Below, piece after piece: positions 39,801 through 52,850 of a DNA stretch of 64,000 nt; the first letter of the stretch is position 1; every line of letters starts with the position of its first letter. This stretch comes from Welwitschia mirabilis. Taxonomy: Eukaryota. The DNA is taken from assembly GCA_051453625.1 (NCBI GenBank), contig JBOZIK010000001.1, forward strand, positions 48,093,294-48,157,293, given 5' to 3'. The translations under genes were made by a program, and so were the position numbers. The notes under the pieces are model-generated. The model worked only from the letters and a program-made list of their open reading frames with translations. It was not told where the DNA came from and did no database searches.

Positions 39801-40566
39801 TTGAATCATCTCCCCACACCCAAAATGTTTTCAATTTGTCTTCTCTACTAGAGCATGATTAAATCATCAAATTAAATAATAAGCTTATCTTGAAATAAAA
39901 CCAATTACTAGTAATCTTAAGTATGCCTTTTTAGGTAAAAATTCATTCTTTTTTTATGGTTATTAGCTCATCCTTTTTTCCATCTTAAGAGAATACCTTG
40001 CTCGACCTATTAAAGAAGTAGAAGAAAGCCATAGGTTGGATGTTTTTTAACATAAAAAGTGTAGATCCTAATATTCCTATGTATCAGTTTTACCTTAACA
40101 AAAGTATCAAACCTAGTCTTAAACATAAAATTGGGATTCTTATGTGAAAATCTTCAGGGACAACCATATCATGTGTGGACATCCCTTGACTGTTACCTTT
40201 ATAATCTTGAGCTTAATCTTCTGAGATATAGTAAGAAACCTTCTCATGAATAAGATTTAATCTTGTTTCACAATATTAGATTATGTTTGTTTCCTAATAA
40301 TTTTGTTTTAAAATGAATAAGTCCATATTTAATAAAACACAAGCCACTCGATAGTGTATTTTCATAGAAAACCCAAATTTATTTAATCCCTATAATATGG
40401 TAAATCTCAAGGAAAAATATAATTTTTCTACTTTTGTTTGTAACTCTACTTCTAGCATTTTAATGGGATGAGACTGCTTCTCACCTAGGCTAATAAGCCA
40501 ATGACATTTTTTTGCTTGTTAAAAATCTTTGTAAGAGTTCTCACATGCCAAAACTTTTTGGTATCA

Positions 40567-43500
40567 TGTTAGCATGTAAAAATTAACATTTATATATAGT
40601 ATTTTAGGCCAATTTATTATAAACAAAGATATTAATTTAATTATAAAATATGTCTTCTATTATTTTTAAAATCAAACTTAATATTATTCTTTTATTCATA
40701 AAAATTGAAAATCTTTAGCCATGTTTTGGAACACATGGCAGAAGATAGATTCAAATCCATACAAAACAATGATGGTAATAAAGACATGGGACAATGACAT
40801 GTGGCAGTGGCATTAGAACACATGTGGTAGTGGCATGTGGAGGTGACACTAGTACATGAGGTTATAGCATCGGTACATGGAGAAATCAAGCTCTAGAGGC
40901 TACGTATTAGACTAATTATGACAAACTCCATCAAATACTATAAGATGAAAGATCTAACCACCCTCTCTAATGTTACAGGACAAAGATTCCATTTAGTGTT
41001 ATAAGACAAAATCTTATTCACCCTGCCTAATGCTTCAAGATAAAGAACTATAATTGCTTATCTATCACTACAAGCTAGGGAATCTCAACCATCTCAACCC
41101 CATCCTCACCTATAAAAGGGCTAGTCACCCCTCATTATAATATTATATCTTGTTAACATTCTTTATGATATTATTCTAAGCTTGGGCTAGTCTCAAGGCT
41201 AGCTTGATGATTTTTTTTAAGCATTAGATTTCTTTCATTAACATATTGCATTTTCTATTTTATTAATAAAAGTTAGTATCTTTTCATTTCTTTATTGTTA
41301 GTTTTGAGGTAATTCATATCGGTAATGCTTGATTTAAATCTTCATATTTATGCTAGGTTATATATATTACTGAGTGAGTCTGTTTTCATTCATATTTTGA
41401 TTTTATAACTTGCAACCATTTGATGGTTCTTGGGAATTATATCCTACTTATCATACTTTTGAGCAGGCTATGAAAGATCAGAGTGACAAAGGAATTTTAT
41501 CAATACTCATGTGGTGAATGAGACCATGTAATCATGATGTAAGTCATAACACAGTTGGCATGTTTAAAATTTAACTAGGAATTTGCATTATATTTTTGAT
41601 TAAAGACCTTTGTTTGTTAAAATATTCAAGTTAGTCCTGTAAGCATTAGTTTACTTTCATACTTTCACCACTTAAAGTTTCCTTTCTTTTTATTCTCTCA
41701 TTTTGTAATTCTATTTAAATTTGTTTGTTAAACTATTTATGTGTTTAACTATTTGAATTATCTTCAACATCCTTGTGGAAGAACAATATTGGGTTCTTGC
41801 TTAGTTTTATTAAAGTTGGATTTCATACAAATAAATTTTGGCACCATTTCTGGGGATGATGGTATGCTAGCTTTGCAGTGAACATGCACAATTTTTCTTT
41901 TTCTTTTCTTGCATTGTACTTTTTAGTTTCTTTCCTCATTTTCCAGTGGTTGGTACTAGTCCATTCTAGTGATACCTAAACTGGTCCCATTTTTTTCCTT
42001 TAGATTTTTACTTTTTTTTTCACTTTCTACACTTTCTAGTGGTGGGTACTAGTCATTTTCTAATAAAACATGAACTATTCTAGCTCTTTTTCATTTTAAT
42101 TAAACTTTTTAATCATAACTTAAAAATTATTATTATATCAAATTTTCTAGTTGTAAGGTTAGCAAAGTTTTTGCAGGTTTGCTATCTAGTTTCTCTCAAA
42201 TCAACCACAACGTAAGAAAAAGATGTAGAAACTAAGACAACAAAAATGAAAAAAAAAATCCTGTTTTTCCTTTCTTTTTTTTCCTTTGTCCATAAATTTT
42301 ATGTTTCTGAAATTTTATCTTTTAGTTTATGTATTTGGATTTTAGTTTTTTGAGTTTATAGCTTTTTGATTTTTCATTCTTCATAGGTTTTCTATAAGTG
42401 TTTTTTCTCTACTATTTTAGTTTCTATGATTTATTTGTTATTATTTGTAACCTGAATTTTTTTTGTGGCTTTGTTCTTATTACCTATCTTTTTGCAGCTC
42501 TATTTATGAGTAACAACTAGTTCCACTGGTAGATGTCGCCAGTGGTACTAGGTTTTTTGTGAAATTTTCTTTCAAACTTTACCCAGTTACTTATCTCATT
42601 CCTATAAAATGCTTTTTCTATTAGGTTCTTTCTAAAAATGTACAAAAAATGGGTTGGAGTTAATGATACTTTTGGAAGATTATATGAACACCCCAAATGA
42701 AATCTAATGTTGAAAATACTCTTGTTTATTGGAATTATGAGAATCTCTATAGCCTTTCTACTTACATTCAACCCAAGACAACTATAGTAGAACCTAAGAA
42801 AACTATAAGGGAATACCTTTAACCTAAATACTTAGAAACATCTTCCTATTTTTTTAACCTTCTAGTATGCATAGATTAGATTTTTAATAAGAAATTATGA
42901 ATTTGTACCTTCCATCATCCCTTGTAACCCTTATCTTCCATCATCTTATTAATACCTCTCCTCAATGACAAGTCATATCATCTTAAACCCTAAGATTCTT
43001 TTGATAGAGATGAATTGTTAGAGATTATCTTTCACACTTAGAACCCCTACACACATAGATTAAACATTTTATAACCTTAAGTTTCAAAATCATTTCTTTT
43101 AATAAAAAGAGTTTAATTCTATGTTTTTCACCATCCTTTAAAACACTTATCTTATTACTAACTCCCTTCAATTCTTAGTTCTTATCCTTCATTTTCTTAT
43201 GGACCTTCTTCATCTAATCCATTAGAAGAAATAGGAAATTCATGGAATCCAAAGCCTAAATGATCCAAAAACATTCTTCTTACTTGAGCAAACTTGAACA
43301 AAGTTTTCAATAAGTTTAGAAAATCATCACTCATATCCTCTCTTCTTTGAACCATAAAGAACTTGACAGGCTTTCTACATTTATTGAATCAAATCCTAGA
43401 AGTCTTGAAATGCCGAAGAGGAGTGATGATAGTCACATCTATGATACCCAAGTCATACTATTTAGGGATGAGAAAGAAACTATTAAGGACCTAGAGGGTG

Positions 43501-45170
43501 ATCAATAATTAGAGGAGGAACAACTAATTTAGGAGAGTCATATATTGGAGGATATATTTATTAGAAACTTTTATTAAAAATAAAAAATTAAAGAAGAATC
43601 CATATCTAATTCATCCTATGTTAAAACTTTACCTTTTTCTTAACATTTTCATGAGCAAACATTTTAGCTTTATCTTTTTCTTTTGAGTAAGATCCAAGCC
43701 TTAATAAAGAAGACAAGACTTTCTTGGAATTGAAACCATCTTCCAAGGATCTTATACATGATTCTTTTAATAAGTAAAGATTCTTTTAATAAGCATTTAC
43801 TAATTAAGTGATTTTCAATTCATCTTTGTCTTGACCTTAAGATAATATCTTATAAAAATTATTAAAAAAGGGTAAACAAGCTAAAGGATGAACCATTTTT
43901 AACTTTGAATTCATAAACTTTACTGCTTATATTGATGATCTTTCCAATTTTATAGACTCATGTATAAAAATTTTCATAGATTCTCTCCCAATTCATAATT
44001 ATCTTAATCCTTTACTTATGGATCATCTCAAAAAACCTTGTAGTTCAAAAATTTTAGATTCATTACATTACTTTAGGATAGATTTTTCTTTTAGATTAGA
44101 CATAGGATGGGTAGGTCCTTGCATAATAAATTAATGTCTCTTAATGATATCTCTCTTAAGACCACTTAAGTTTAACTATTTGTTTAATCATTACCTTAAG
44201 CCATTCCACTTAGGAAATCCAAAATTTCATCCATTTTATAGAATAAGCTACCATCCTCTTAAACCTTAAGATCTATCCTTCTACAGTGGCTTTATTTCAT
44301 AAGGATAACTGATCATACTCCCCTTGTATATACTTATGAGTTTCTAAGACTTAATAACCCAACTTGATGCCCTTTAACAATCAACCCATTAATAAGTAAT
44401 CTCCTTCTTAATGCAAGTTCTAATTGAGATTAAGTACATTAGCTTTCACTTGAGGTCTTTAATATTGAAAACGTAAGGGGATAAAAAGTGAAATCTACTT
44501 TTATATTATCGCTTTTTTTTAAAGCATTTAAGGGGATAAGATCAGTTCTTAATTAGGCTAGTGAGTTAATGACCCTTCCTACATGCATTACAAAAATGTA
44601 TATAAGAAGTAACAGCAAAAGAAAAAAACAATATCTCTTCTTCAAAAGCACATTTTATTTTTGATTAGTTTTACTGGGTTTAGTTAGCTACATTTGAGCT
44701 ATGGACACTCACTGACAATGCAACTTTAATGATATATTTTAGGGCACATTCAATTGCATTAGTGCTATAGACACTCACTAGTAATGTAGCACTAATTCTT
44801 TAAGAAAAACATGCTTAATTCTGTTGGAATAAGTACCATAATACTAGATGCTTAGTAAGATCAAAATACTTAAAATAAAGGTATACATGGCTATGGGAAA
44901 GTAAAACTTAAAAAGAAAAATGTGGGAATTGAAGATTTTCTTGTGATTTATTAAATAATTGTACTTAAGATTTTTCTACTAACTCCTGGATTTTTAGATT
45001 TTTAGTTGATACTTTACTTGGATAGTGTTTTGATCCATAAATTAGTTGAAAATATTTATATTAAACTAGAAGAGGTAATAGAGATAAATTATATTTTGAT
45101 AAATTATCTACATCTCAAGGAATCAATAAGTTTTATATCTTAGATTAATGATCACTAAGGGGTATAGAAC
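40567..45170 (+). mobile_element. Second, more diverged member of the non-autonomous Athila-type family (5' LTR + internal region, no 3' LTR), inverted relative to 22503-28784
   Basis: PBS TTTTGGCACCATTTCTGGGGAT at ~41836-41857. 44550-44800 matches the reverse complement of 24500-24750 (TTAGGCTA.T.AG..AATGACCC, AATATCTC...TC..CAAAAGCACATT, GAGCTATGGA, CTCACTAG). LTR-like region ~40567-41830. Confidence 0.75.
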
Positions 45171-46098
45171 CATAGACATCTTACATGTTGAAGATATTTG
45201 CCTAAGAAGAGACGTATTTCATCTCAAAGATGTCTATCTAAAAAATTTGTGAAAAATAAAATAGTTATTTAATGCCTAAAGCTTAGCCATTTCTATATAC
45301 TATATGGTAGTTACATGTTTTTAAACAACTATCTTTCTAGAGTAATAGTAAGAAAGACATCAAAACTATAAAGAGTGCAAAGAGAGACGATTTAAAAAAA
45401 AGAAGACACACACAAGTAATTAGTACTACATCAAAATCTTTTATCAATATTTTACAAAGGATTATTTGGTGAATACATCATTTGATTAGTGACTCTTATA
45501 AAGCTACATTACTCTAATCTTTAACACTCATGGATGATAACAAAAGGAAGAACTTAAGCACTCCATTAAAGAGACATCTTTTCAGGCTTGTTGTTTTATT
45601 TATTATCATTGTTTATTGGAACTTAGATTAGAGGACTATGAGATTTTTGAATATACTCATTATAGTCTATTTCTTATTTTCAATCTTAGGATCCCTTGCT
45701 AGGTTTTCCATGTTGTAAGGTAATCCTTATATGGGTGTGCTTCTTAACTATTTGTAAGCACATTTCTATTTTTAATATATTGAATATCCTCAATGGGAAG
45801 AGAGTATTGCCTTGAGATAAGTATCTAAATCATATGTAAGGTTGATAATGCTCTAAAACCACTATTTTATAGGTTGAGGATATCTAGAGGTATGAGAGGA
45901 AACCACCCTTTGTTTGTGGAATACCCAGGTTAGAGAACCATGTTAATTCACTAAGGTGTTTATTATATAACTTTTAATTTGTTTTTAGAATAATTTATTT
46001 TTGGTAGTCTTATTTATCCCTCCCATCTGAGTTCAATAATATTTAAGTGTTATTAGAGTGGCTACTTATAAAAAGGGAGTAACATTCTTGAGTGAACT

Positions 46099-49000
46099 AT
46101 GGAAGGGCTATAATCAGTCAGATCTTCACTCTTCAATGAGACTAACTATGCCTAGTGGAAGATGAGCATGTGGATATGGTTATAGTCTTATGAGTTTTAG
46201 GTTTGGCAAATCATTAAAGATAGATACTAAAAACCTACAAAAACTATAATAGATGTTGCAGAAAATTCCATTACACAAATTAACCTAGAAGGAACTAGGA
46301 AGGAAAAGAAAAGAAAACATTCATGTATGACTCAAAAGCAGCAAATGCTCTATACTCAACCATTATAATGGAGTAATTCAAAAGAATAACTAAATGTAAA
46401 ACTACACAAGAAATATAGAATTTTCTAGTGAGGAAATATAAAGGAACCTCCATCATCAAGCAATTAAAACTTCTTCTCTGAACAAATCAGTTTGAAAATC
46501 TAAAGATGAACAATGGAGAAAGAATACATGGATACTTTACAAGAATCGCTAACATAGTAAATGTCATACATGGAATTGGTGAAATTATTCCTAAGGCCAA
46601 GATAATCCAAAAGGTTTTTATATTCTTAACTATAGAATATAGGCCTAATACAAAAGCCATGAAAGAATCAAGAGACTTTAACTCAATGAAGATTGAAAAA
46701 TCACAAAGTGCTTTAATGGCTTATGAAATGAATCTTATTCAAGATGGTACTTTAAAAATAAATCATATTGCTCTTAAAGCCTATGAAAGTACAAGATAAG
46801 TTTGTAAAGGAAAAACAAAAGAAGGATCGTATGGAGATGACTTTGAAGATGATGTGGATGAAGAACTTTCTTCATCACAAAACAAGTCAAAATACTTATT
46901 TTACAAAAGAATAACAAAAAGGAGGACTATCAAATCATTTAGATTTTAAGTTAGAGATAAGTCCAAAGGTAAAATTACTAGTATCTCTTCATTTTATTCC
47001 GAGTCTAATATTTTCAAGTTAGAATGTTGGGTTATTGGAGGACGAGGACACATAACCTTAGAATGGACTAGCTCTAATAGATTACAGGAAAAAGAACAAA
47101 AGAAATACCCCAAGAAAAGAAGATCTTTATTTACAGACAGGATGATGACGAGGATGTAATCAAAGTAGAAACATCTAATGATGAAAAAGTTCATCTATCC
47201 TACATGGACATTGTACATATCCAAAATAAAAGTGATGAAAGAAAAGAAGAATCTAAATCAAATAGTAATGGTGAAATAGGTACGGAACTTTAAGATAGGT
47301 ATAATTTAATTTCTAAAGAATTAATTAAGTTTAAAAAGTATATGCTAAAATGAAAATATTATTTCATTCCCATGCATCAACATATAAATAAGAAATATGT
47401 TCTTGCAATAGGTTATCACTGGAAAACTCAACTCTTAAAGCTGAAATTGATAAATTAATGTATGAATTAAAGCATGTTAGATAGAAAATTTCTAACTTAA
47501 AAAGAATAAATGAGAAGTTTACTAAAGGGAATAAGACCTTAAATATCATGCTTGAACAATGCAAAATCCTAAATAATAAAAGTGGTTTTAAGTCATAATA
47601 AAGCCTTCACTAGTACTTTAGCTTCCTTGTTCAACAAATAAGACTACAAACCAAGGTATGAGCATATAGTTTATACCGATAATATTATTTGTTATTATTG
47701 CTATAAATGAGGTTATTATTACTTTAATTATCTAATTAACTTTAAAATTAGATATTACACTAACAATGCCAAAAGACCAAGAAACATGGTATAATGTTCT
47801 GTGTAGGCCAAACCAAAGAAAATATGACTTCCAAAATTAAAACCAACTCTATTAGCTCAGATTTCACTAGAAGTAGTAAAGAAACATGTTTAGTATATTA
47901 ATAGTGGATGTTTAAGGCATATGAATGAAGAGAAATTTATCTTTATCACTTTGGTAGAGTAAGACAAAGGAGTGGTCACCTTTGGCGATAATACAGAGGT
48001 GCTTATCAGAGGTATTGGAACTATTGAAGGAGGTAACCTACCTAAGGTAAAAGATGTTTTCTTTGTATAAGTATTACAACATAATCTTTTAAGTATTACT
48101 TAATTATGCAATGCAAACCTTTTTGTTACATTTTTCAAAGATGGTTGTATTATCAAATAACATAATTCAATCAAAATCTTATTTGCTAAATTAAAAAATT
48201 TAGTGTCTACATCACTACTTTACAAGACAATTATAACAAGAAAACCAAGTGTCTATTAAGTGCTACAAGTAAAACAGAGCTATGGCACATGAAAATTGGA
48301 CATGTAAATAAAGACTTTATAAAAATATTATTTTTAAAAGAAATGGTAAGAGGACTTTCTAAGTTGCAAAGCACTAATAATCAAGTTTGTGAGGCATGCC
48401 AAAACGAAAACAAGGGTAATATTTAACCCAAAAAAACACCATCACAACTAAACCTCCTTTAGATCTTTTGCATATTGATATTGTTGGTCCATCTTCTACA
48501 TAAATTTTTGATAAGAAAATATATTATGTAACTATTATTGATGGCTAGTATCATTTGACATAAGAATACTTCTTTGCATATAAGGATAAGGCATTTGACT
48601 TTTTCTCTAAGTTGTGTATTAGGTTACCAAAAAAAAAGGGGGTACAATATTAAGATAATAATAAGCAATAATGGTACTGAATTTAAAAATGCAAGGTTAA
48701 AAAATGTTTATGAATAGTTTGATATTATTTACCAACTCGCAAGAAATGTGTAACAAAATGGAGTTGTTGAAAGGAAGAATAGAGCTCTAAATAAAATGGC
48801 AAAAACAATGATGCATAATAAATAGATTCCTTATCGGATTCTTTATCATTTTTGGGTATAAGCCATCAACACTACATGTTACATTTCCAATCAAGTTATG
48901 ATAAGAAGTTTCACTTCCAACACTTCATATTATCTATGATTCGGTAAGAAACCATTAGTAAGTTATCTTCATATATTTGGATCAAAATTTTTCGTCTTAA

Positions 49001-50918
49001 ATGAAAAGGATAAGCTAATAAAATTCAGTTCCAAAATTGACAATGACATCTTTCTAAGTTATTCTATGATTAGTAAAGCTTATAGAGTGTTTAGCAACAA
49101 AACTCATGTAGTAGAGGAAATTAAAAATGTTAAGATAAATGATACTAACTCAACTTCAGTTTGTGTGCAAGATCACTATATTCATATATAGATTGATTAA
49201 TCATCTAGCCATCCTCAAGCATAATTAGACAATGAGGAGAAAAAGGAAGAAGAAATAGACAAGGAAGCTTCTTCAAACATGATCAAACTAAAGAGAAGTC
49301 ACTCTATAAATAAAATAATAGGTAGTTTGTATGTTGGTATTTAACTCAAAGTCGTACTAAGGGATTATGTGGATTTGTAGTGTATATCTCATAGGTAGTA
49401 TCCAAAACTTTCAATGAAGCAGAAAATGATAAACATTAGATGCTAGCAATGTAAGAGGAACTTAATTAGTTTGAAAGATGTAATGTCTGGGAACTCACTC
49501 TAAGAACATTTAATAAATCTATTATTGGCACAAATTGGGTCTTTAGAAACAAAATAGATGAAAATGGTAATGTTATCATAAACAAAGAAACTGTAGTAGC
49601 TAAATGGTGTAATTAATAAGAGGCATAGATTTCAAAGGAACCTTTACACCAGTAGCTTATATGAAGTCCATAAAAATTCTTTTATCCTTTGCATGCATTA
49701 AAGGATTTAGAATCCATCAGATGGATGTTAAAAATGACTTTTTAAATAAAGTACTTCAAGAGGAATTATATATTGAGCAATATGAAGAGTTTTCTAGCTA
49801 TCATAAAATAGACTATGTTTACAAACCGAAAAAGGCTCTTTATGGTTTCAAACAAGCTTCTAGAGCTTGGTATGAGAAACTCTCAGATACTCTAATAGAA
49901 AATGGATTGAAAAGAGGTAATCTGATGTTATAATATTTATTAAAATTGATGGTAAGTATTTTACTATTATATAAATCTATGTGGATGATATTTTTTTTGA
50001 AGCTACTAGTAAATTATTATATGAGAAGTTTCCTAAGATTATACAAGATGAGTTCAAAATGAGTATTATGGGAGAGATGAGTAACTTCTTGGGGCTTCAA
50101 GCAATGCAAATGCAAACACGGTACATTCATTTCTAAAACTAAATATATTAAAAGTTTTCTCATCAAGTATGGCTTATAGGATTATAAAACCAAAGATATT
50201 CCAATGAACCAAAGCATAAAACTAGATAAAGATGAGCATGGTAAGAAAGTTGACCAAAAACTATATAGAGGTATGATTGGTAGCTTATTATAGATTACTA
50301 ATAATAAACCTAATATCATTTTGTGTATAAGTATTTATGCTCTTTATCAAAATGAAATCTCATCTTATGGGAGTTAAAAGAATATTTTACTATGTAAAAG
50401 ATACTACTAATTAGGGCTTTTGGTATTTAAAGAAATCTTATCTTAATCTAGTTGAGTATTATAATTCAGATTGGGAAAGATGTAAAGATGATAGAAAGAA
50501 CACAAGTATAACCTACTTCTTGCTTGGGCAATGTTTGGTATGTTGGAGTAGCAAGAAGCAAAAATCAACTAATCTCTCATTATTAAGCCTAAATATTGCT
50601 ACTAAGAGTTGTTATGCTCAACTACTTTGGATGAGGAAAACTCTAAAAGATTTTGGACTATCCTTGGAAATCATTTGCATCTTTTGCAACAACAAAAGTG
50701 CTATTAGCATCTTAAAAAAACCGATACAACATTCAAGAACCAAACATATTGAGATCAAACATCATTTTCTATCAGAGCATGTAAAAAATAAAGATATCAT
50801 GCTACAATACATTAACACCAATGATAAACTTATTGATGTTTTCACTAAATTACTAAGTGCTAACAGGTCTGTTAAATTATGTAGAAACTTAGGGATTGGG
50901 CCTTGCCCAATTAGGTAA
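46099..50918 (+). pseudogene. Copia gag-pol pseudogene
   Basis: Gag MEGL*SVRSSLFNETNYA*WKM; UBN2-like region 46506-46799; protease-like *YINSGCLRHM (~47890); integrase LDLLHIDIVGP and QNGVVERKNR; RT HQMDVKN.FL..., KKALYGFKQASRAWY and IYVDDI; RNase H HSRTKHIEIKHHFL...DVFTK. Confidence 0.95.
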
Positions 50919-51639
50919 TTCATTAGATAATCACTCTTAAAATCTCATCTCTACATTATGATATTTTATGAGTTGATATTATACTTAAACCATAAAATAG
51001 TAAATTATGTACATGTTACTTTACTTATTTGCTATAATACCTTTATCATAATGTTAGTCGTAGAAAATTTTAAAGTCTTATCATCTTTTAGGGAAATTGT
51101 CTTTTAATGGAAGACGTCTATCATGGTTACTCCTTAAGTATTATAGATGTTTATCAAGTAGACATCTGTATATGTTAGATGTATTTAAAGGTTAGGTGCA
51201 TTTTTCTTTATTTTTTGAAACAGACATCTTTGGATAGATAGATGTCTTTATAGTATGTAGATGATTCACAAAATTTATTAATGTAAGATGTCTTTTATCC
51301 ATATAGACATCTATTCTTGTCATTTTGAACATCTTTCAATTGATAGATATCTTTCAAAGAATTGTACAGAAAATAAAACACATGCCAAAATGAGGGTTTT
51401 GACCCTTTTTATTTAGAAAAGATGCCATCATCTATCATTTTTAATCCTTTACTTAGTAGGTGTCCATCTTAGAGCTCCTTTTTAGCCTCTTTTTTTTGGA
51501 TCTCTTAGCGTAGACATCTTGGATATGAAAGAAGTCTTTACAACTAGCATAATAGGTGTTCTTTTATTAAACAAGTGCTCTTTCATTAAATCTTTTATAT
51601 TTGGTCATTATCAGTTCAATTTTTGCATATTTTCTTTAA

Positions 51640-52850
51640 ATAGGATGAGGAGAAAACCCTTTGATGCCTTCCAAAGAAAAAACCTATTAATTTTATCATG
51701 AATCTACTATTAAACATTTTAAAATTTGGACCAGAAACTCCATCATTTGCAAAATAAACTCTTGGATTCCAAAATAAAAGAAAAAATAAGCTTCTTGCTT
51801 ATTTTCACATGTTGGTTGGGACAGGGTAATTTAATTAGACTAGGGCATTCTAGAGCTTATAGTTAAGGAATTCTATGTTAATATATATGAGATAGATGAT
51901 AGCACTGCAACTTTTCAAACTCAAGTATAAGGTACTTCTCTATTTCTTACATCTATTTTTATAAATTTCATGCTTGGTGTAGATGATGTAGAGCTTCCAA
52001 AATCATGTGTGCATTATTTTAAAGATATATTCACTTACCACTCTATTAGTATTTCATGGTGCTCATTGAGTAATGTACTTTTTTGGCATTCTAAAATGAA
52101 TTTTTATGAGAATATAGAACATAAAAATATGGTACTAGATGACTCTATTTTGAGTTTAATCACATTTTACAACATACTTGTTCAAGGTAGCAGCTATAGT
52201 TATTTCAACATAATCCAGACATTTATGGTTTATTATCTTCTTACAGGGCTGAGGATTGACCTCAACTTTATTTTATATATCATTACTCTATTCTAAAAAG
52301 ATCAGACTTGGAGCTATCCTTGCTTGGTTAGTATAATTATCAACAATGTCATCATCTCAATGTCACAGGTTAATCTCATTCAACTTAAGAAGCCACTTTC
52401 AGAGTTTAGTGAGAAATGATGAATACTAGTACTAGTTGGTGAAGGCACAAGTAGAAGACCTTCTAAATCACAGTTTCAGTACTCTTAATCTATGGCCTCT
52501 CATAGTTCATCATCAGTAAAGAAGGGTCTAAATACTAATGCTAAGATGATAAGCAAGATTACACACAATTTATTAAGGTTGAAGAAGCACCATTCCATAG
52601 CTAGTGAAGGAGAGACTCCCACAGGTAGTTGGGAATTCATGGGGACATCTACTTGGTCTAATTCTAAGGAGGAATTAGAGGCAAAGAAACCTCCAACACC
52701 TCTTTCTATAGGATATGATGTAGGCCATGAAGCAAATTCTAATTCTTCAGAGTTCACAGACACAATGGGAGAATTAAGATTTAATACAAGCACAGGGAAA
52801 GCACAAGGCTCTGGCATAGTCACAAGGAGAGCAATAGGGAGACTCTAAGA
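51640..52850 (+). pseudogene. SIRE extra ('env-like') ORF remnant
   Basis: ~51858-51935 reads IVKEFYVNIYEIDDSTATFQTQV*G; ~52310-52340 reads SYPCLVSII; Ser/Glu-rich tail 52492-52848. It lies between pol and the PPT. Confidence 0.6.

Noticed and set aside
40553..40566. TTGGTATCA as a Met-tRNA PBS
   Set aside because: The match is short, no LTR end is recognisable upstream, and it abuts the start of another LTR; it cannot be distinguished from chance.
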